DNA from: Chiloscyllium plagiosum
Lineage: Eukaryota
DNA length: 41,444 nucleotides
Assembly (NCBI RefSeq): GCF_004010195.1
Contig: NC_057720.1
Coordinates: 28,052,932 to 28,094,375 of the forward strand
Reading direction: 5' to 3'
Position 1 is the stretch's first letter, and each line of letters begins with the position of its first letter. The position numbers and the translations under genes are program-made. The notes below the pieces were generated by a model. The model saw only the letters and a list, made by a program, of their open reading frames with translations. It made no database searches and was not told the DNA's origin. This document shows, one piece after another, positions 35,843 to 41,444 of this stretch.

Positions 35843-36130
35843 GAAGTCTTGGGAACTTGGGGAGGTTCGTGGTGATACCTTGGGGATAGTCCGTATCACG
35901 ATAGAGGAGGTGTTGGACATATTTGAATGTATGAAGGTGGATAAATCTCCTCTTCCTGATAAGATATATCCAAGATCCTTGCAAAAGGCTAGAGAAGAAT
36001 TTGTGGGACCCCTGGCTGATTTTTTTTCATCATCATTGGCCATGTATGAGGTCCTGGAAGACTGGAAGGTATTGTATGTTGATCCCTTATTCAAGAAGAG
36101 CTGCAATGAAAAACCTGGAAACTAGAGACT
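35843..36130 (+). mobile_element. CR1 ORF2 fragment from a different copy
   Basis: ITIEEVLD..MKVDKSPLPDKIYPR..EDWKV..PLFKK is N-terminal RT sequence and is out of order with the preceding copy. Confidence 0.75.
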
Positions 36131-36137
36131 TGAGAAG

Positions 36138-37361
36138 TGTTATGAAGGTATAGGTGTGTACTATACCTTTAAGAGAGACTTGAAGTTGGCACTGACTTAG
36201 GCACAGAGTGTGCTGAAAGAATTTAAAATGTAACATAGAACAGTACAGTGCAGAACAGGCCCTTCCGCCCTCGATGTTGCACCAATCTGTGAACTAATCT
36301 AAGCCCCTCCCCTCCACTATCCTGTCATCATCCATATGCTTATCCAAGCACTGTTTAAATGCCCCTAATGTGGCTGAGTTAAGTACATTGGCTGGCAAGG
36401 CATTCCACGCTCTTACCAGTCTGAGTATAGAACCTGTCTCTGACATCTGTCTTAAATCTATCACTCTTCAATTTGCAGCTATGTCCCCTTGTACAAGCCA
36501 TCGTCATCATCCTAGGAAAAAGACTTTCACTGTCCACCCTATCTAATCCTTTGATCATTTTTATGTCTCTATTAAATCCCCTCTTCGTCTTCTTCTCTCC
36601 AGTGAGAACAGACCCAAGTCCCTCAGCCTTCCCTCATAAGACCTTCCCTCCAGACCAGGCAACATCCTAGTACATCTTCTCTACACCTTTTCCAGTGTTT
36701 CCACATCCTTCCTGCAATGTAAAATGTGACTATTAAACTAATAGTGCAGCTGAGTTGCCATGATAAAAAAAATTCAAATTCGACCAATCAATTTAAATTA
36801 TGCCCCAGATACCAAAATCAATCAAATTTGAATTTCATATTTTGACAACATCAAACCAAGGAAATGGTCTGATGTTTTGGGGTATAAAACCAGACATTTT
36901 GAACAGTTAGAGGGAAAACTACCAAGAACACCAACAAGTATAGACTGCTAACTGAAGAGCTCTCTGAAAGGTACCTGTTCATATGAAAGACCTGCAAAGC
37001 AGAATACTGAAGAAAAGATGACAGAGAAAAATCTACAGAGGAAAATCTATAAAGGAAAATTGACAAAGCTGGCTGGTTTTGAAACTGATTTTTTTTTTTG
37101 CAACTCTTAATCGGGATTTTTTATCAGGCCAGTATTGTAGAATAAGAGGGAAAAGATAGGTTAAAGAGAAAGGAGTTGTAAATATTTGCTGGTTTTAATA
37201 TTTTCTGTAGGATTTAATGAATAAAATAGTTAGTTTTTACTTTAAATGATGACCTCTGGGATAGTTTAATGCCCCTCGAAATTTAACAGATTATGGCGCA
37301 AGGTGAGCTTCTCTGTGTGTCGGGTTTAAATTAGCAGAGGGGTTTACTCCGTGTTGTAACA
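36138..37361 (+). mobile_element. 5' LTR of a Gypsy provirus (contains a CR1 insert)
   Basis: TGTTA...TAACA termini, CCAAT near 36785, TATAAAA at 36883 and AATAAA at 37220. It is followed by a PBS and gag. Confidence 0.8.
36232..36719 (-). mobile_element. CR1 3' fragment inserted in the LTR
   Basis: The minus strand ends GAGGGCGGAAGGGCCTGTTCTGCACTGTACTGTTCTATGTT. TAAAATGT(A/G)AC is duplicated at 36224-36234 and 36720-36730. Confidence 0.88.
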
Positions 37362-37364
37362 GTT

Positions 37365-37452
37365 TGGGGGTTTATCGCCAGGATTTGAACAGTTTAGGGG
37401 CTTTTGTCCGCGATTTGAAAAGGTTTAGGCAAATCCTGTCTGAGATTTGGAC
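37365..37452 (+). promoter_or_regulatory. tRNA-Pro primer-binding site, three decayed tandem copies
   Basis: Starts 3 nt after the LTR end. The units resemble TGGGGGCTCGTCCGGGATTTGAAC, the complement of the tRNA-Pro 3' end. Confidence 0.65.
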
Positions 37453-37589
37453 AGATGAGTCTGGGGTAAGAAAAAAGCCCAGTAGTTTTAAACATTTGCA
37501 GGCTAGTATCCTCGATCTTTAAATAAGACGTGGGTGAGACAATTTGTTTAACTTCAGTGACTTGTGTTGGTGAAATTAAAAGTGAGAGA

Positions 37590-40500
37590 ATTGACTCTTT
37601 AAATTGCTAGATAGAGTCTGGAGTTTGAAGATGATTCTCAAATTTGCCAAAAAGGTTTAGAAGGAAAGGAAAAGGCCATACTTTTAGAATTAGCAAATAA
37701 GTTAGATTTGGGTTTAATCAAGGACAAAATAAAGCTGAAATTGTAAGGGAATTACTCAAACACTTAGACGTGTCAGAGAAATATACATGTACAGTAGAGT
37801 TAGAAAAACTTAAATTACAATAGAGGAAAATGGAGTTTGAAGATAAACAAAGAGAGAGAGGAAAGAAAGAGGGAGAGAGCAAGAGAGAGAGACAAGGTTC
37901 TTAGCTAAGCGAAGAGAGAAGAAAGGGAGAGAGAGAACCTTCTTAGCTGAGGAAAAAGAGAGAATTTGAACTTGAGAAGTTGCGACTTAGTCAGCAAAGT
38001 TGAGTTGAAAGGATGGAGATTAAAAGAGAAGGTAATTAAAAATACAAGTATGTCAAAACTCTGCCACATTTTGATGAGGAAAATGTTGAAGCTTTCTTTA
38101 TTTCGTTTGAAAATTGGCTAGGTAGATGGAGTGGTCTGAGGATTTATGGGTAATGCTAGTTTAAACTAAACTGGTAGGCAGAGCTAGTGAGGTACTTGCC
38201 ATACTGTCAAGAGATTATGAAGAGGTCAAGCAGGCTATTTTAAGAGCTTATGAATTGATACCAGGCGCGAATAGTCAGTGGTTCAGGAACATAAAGAATG
38301 AACCAGGTCGGACTTACGTTGAGTTCAAAAGCATTAAACATAGTCATTTTGATAGATGGATGTGGGCCTTAAAGATAAATAAGACCTATGAGACTCTAAG
38401 AGAGATTATTCTGCTGGAGGAGTTTAAAAACTCACTTCCAGAAATCGTAAGAGTTCACGTGGATGAACAGAAAGTTCAGGAAATGAGAAGGACCGTGGAA
38501 TTAGGAGATGAATACATTTTGGCGCATAAGAGAAGCTTCCGGCCAGAAAACTGACCTGTGAGGGATAGCAGTTGGGAGAAGGGGAAATCCTACACTATGA
38601 AACAGAGTAGAGAACACTGGTCGTTGTTTATCACAGGTTAAAATAGAAGCCCAAGAATAATAGAGGTGTACAGCATGGAAATAAACCCTTTGGTCAACTC
38701 GTCCATGCCAATCAGATATCCCAACCCAATCTAGTCCCACCTGTAAATACCCGGCCCGTATCCCTCCAAACCCTTCCTATTCATATACCCATCCAAATGC
38801 CTCTTAAATGTTACAATTGTACCAACCTCTGCCACTTCCCCAGGTAGCTCATTCCATACACATACCACCCTCTGCGTGAAAACGTTGCCCCTTAGGTCTC
38901 TCTTATATCTTTCCCCTCTCACCCTAAACCTATGCCCTCTAGTTCTGGACTCACCAACCCCAGGGAAGTGACTTTGTCTATTTATCCTATTCATGCCTCT
39001 CATGATTTTATAAACCTCTATGAGGTCACCCCTTAACATCTAATGCTTCAGGGAAAACATTGAACACTGCTCCTGCTCCTGTTCAACCTCTCCCTATAGC
39101 TCAAATCCTGGCAACATCCTTGTAAATCTTTTCTGAACCCTTTCAAGTTTCACAACATCTTGCCGATAGGACGGAGACCGGAATTGCACGCAATATTCCA
39201 AAAGTGGCCTAACCAATGTCCTATACAGCCGCAACATGATCTCCCAATTCCTGTACTCAATACTCTGACCAATAAAGGAAAGCATACCAAACACTGCCTT
39301 CACTGCCCTATCTACCTGCGACTCCACTTTCCAGGAGCTATGAATCTGCACTCCAAGGTTTCTTTGTTCAGCAACACTGCCCAAGATCTTACCATTAAGT
39401 GTATAAGTCCTGCTAAGATTTGCTTTCCCAAAATGCAGCACCTCAAATTTATCTAAATTAAACTCCATCTGCCACTTCTCGGCCCATAGGCCCATCTGAT
39501 CAAAATCCCGTTGTAATCGGAGGTAACCTTCTTCACTGTCCACTACACCTCCAATTTTGGTGTCATCTGCAAACTTACTAACTATACCTCTTATGCTCCC
39601 ATCCAAATCATTTTTATAAATGATGAAAAGTAGTGGATCCTTGTGGCACTCCACTGGTCACAGGCCTCCAGCCTGAAAAACAACCCTCCACCAACACCCT
39701 CTGTCTTCTATCTTTGAGCCAATTCTGTATCCAAATGGCTAGTTCTCCTTGTATTCAATGAGATCTAACTTCGCTAACCAGTCTCCCATGTGGAACTTTG
39801 TTGAACACCTTACTGAGGTCCATATAGATCATGTCCACCACTCCGCCCTCATCAATCCTCTTTGTTACTTCTTCAACAAACTCAATCAAGTTTGAGACAT
39901 AATTTGCCGTGTCATGTTGACTATCCCTAATCAGTTCTTGCCTTTCCAAATGCATGTACATCCTGTCCCTCAGGATTCCCTCCAACAGCTTGCCCACCAC
40001 CAACATTAGGCTCACTTGTCTATAATTCCCTGGCTTGTCCTTACCACTTTCTTAAATAGTGGCATCATGTTAACCAACCTCCAGTCTTCAGGCACCTCAC
40101 CTGTGACTATCTATGATACAAATATCTCAGCGAGGGGCCTAGCAATCACTTCCCTAGCTTCCCACAGACTTCCCGGGTACACCTGATCAGATCCAGGGGA
40201 TTTATCCACCTTTAACCGTTTCAAGACATCCAGCACTTCCTCCTCTGTAATATGGACATTTTCCAAGATGTCGCCATCTATTTGCCTACATTCTATATCT
40301 TTGATGTCCTTTTCCACAGTAAACACTGATGCAAAATTATCGTTTAGTATCTCCCTCATCTCCTGTAGCTCCACACAAAGGCTCCAAGGAGATGAAAGGC
40401 CTTAGGTGTTTCCACTGTGGTAAAGTGGAACAGGTAAAGTCGTTATAGAAAGGCACTGTGGGAAAAGATGTGGTAAAAGCAGCTCAGCCTGTGGCATTAA

Positions 40501-40843
40501 TGAAAGTTGTAAAGGAAACCCCAAGAAGAGCTGAGGAGGTGCAGAAGACTGCACAGGGGCTGGGTATGGAGTTAGTACCTGATCTCTATAAAGAATTTGC
40601 CTCTGTGGATAAAGGTTACTCAGATAGAATAGGGAACATGGTCAAGAAGTTATAATTTTGAGAAATATGGGATCTAACCAGTCTCTAATAGTAAGAGATG
40701 AGCGAATTTGCATTCTTTCTGATCTGTTACCTGAGAGTGTGGTAATTTGTGGGATAGATGGGCAGAAATTTAGCTTTTCCCGATGTACAGTCAGATTTGA
40801 GTGCCAACTCAAGAGTGAGGAAGTAACAATGGGGTTGATTGAC
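37590..40843 (+). pseudogene. Gypsy gag (coiled coil, SCAN-like capsid, Zn knuckle) and protease remnant, Gmr1-like; split by a CR1
   Basis: LPHFDEENVEAFFISFE, DYEEVKQAILRAYELIP and LREIILLEEFKNSLP. CFHCGK at about 40407. ILRNMGSNQSL (decayed DTG motif) at about 40655. Confidence 0.8.
38656..40383 (-). mobile_element. CR1 LINE, 5'-truncated, inserted in gag
   Basis: KVDKSPGSDQVYP, IYMDLSKVFNKVPHGRL, SKFADDTKIGG and RGDLIEVYKIM motifs. CCAAG occurs at 38651-38655 and 40384-40388. Confidence 0.92.
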
Positions 40844-41444
40844 TGAGTTGAAAATGTGTTGCTGGAAAAACGCAGCAGGTCAGGCAGCATCCAAGGAACA
40901 GGAGAATCGACGTTTCGGGCATAAGCCCTTCTTCAGGAATGAGGAAAGTGTGCCCAGCAGGCTAAGATAATAGGTAGGGAGGAGGGACTTGGGGGAGGGG
41001 CGTTGGAAATGCGATAGGTGGAAGGAGGTCAAGGTGAGGGTGATAGGCCGGAGTGGGGGGGGGGCGGAGAGGTCAGGAAGAAGATTGCAGGTTAGGAAGG
41101 CGGTGCTGAGTTCGAGGGATTTGAATGAGACAAGGTGGGGGGAGGGGAAATGAGGAAACTGGAGAAATCTGAGTTCATCCCTTGTGGTTGAAGGATTCCT
41201 AGTCGGAAGATGAGGCGCTCTTCCTCCAACCATCGTGTTGCTATGGTCTGGCGATGGAGGAGTCCAAAGACCTGCATATCCTTGGTGGAGTGGGAGGGGG
41301 AGTTGAAGTGTTGAGCCACAGGGTGGTTGGGTTGGTTGGTCCGGGTGTCCCAGAGGTGTTCTCTGAAACACTCCGCAAGTAGGCGGCCTGTCTCCCCAAT
41401 ATAGAGGAGGCAGAGGATGCAATTGATGATGTGTGTGGAGGTGC
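40844..41444 (-). mobile_element. Penelope-like element 3' part with intact hammerhead core (40905-40940); runs off the window
   Basis: LYIGETGRLLAECFREHL..AQHFNSPSH..LEEERLIFRLGILQPQGMN (GIY-YIG). The minus strand reads ATTC-CTGAAGA-A-GGGC/TTAT/GCCC-GAAA-CGTC-GATT. Confidence 0.9.

Noticed and set aside
37845..37965. GA-rich simple repeat
   Set aside because: It is explained as the E/R/K-rich coiled-coil coding region of gag.
163..41422. Most ORFs in the six-frame track as host genes
   Set aside because: They are CR1, PLE or Gypsy fragments, alternative frames or antisense shadows (for example 21048-21623 and 12673-13633). Others are read-throughs of SINEs (34664-35077).

Overview
Eukaryotic, repeat-dense genomic DNA, most likely from a shark or other elasmobranch. 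The evidence is two HE1-type V-SINEs, Deu-domain SINEs, and abundant CR1 and Penelope-like retroelements. Most of the window is decayed, nested retrotransposons: CR1 LINEs, Penelope-like elements (PLEs) of several families, a fragmented Gypsy-type LTR element spread over about 13.7-27.5 kb, a solo LTR, and a SCAN-gag Gypsy provirus remnant. Almost all ORFs in the track are TE fragments or their antisense shadows. Two phase-compatible candidate host exons lie on the + strand (11509-11616 and 31873-31965), but I could not identify the gene. The three most notable signals are: (1) about nine minimal hammerhead-ribozyme motifs in PLE ends, with different stems around the same core; (2) a CR1-clade LINE that carries the Deu SINE core just upstream of its endonuclease and shares its 3' tail with a nearby Deu-SINE; (3) a triplicated, over-long tRNA-Pro primer-binding site after an LTR. 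All calls were read by eye, and TE boundaries are approximate.
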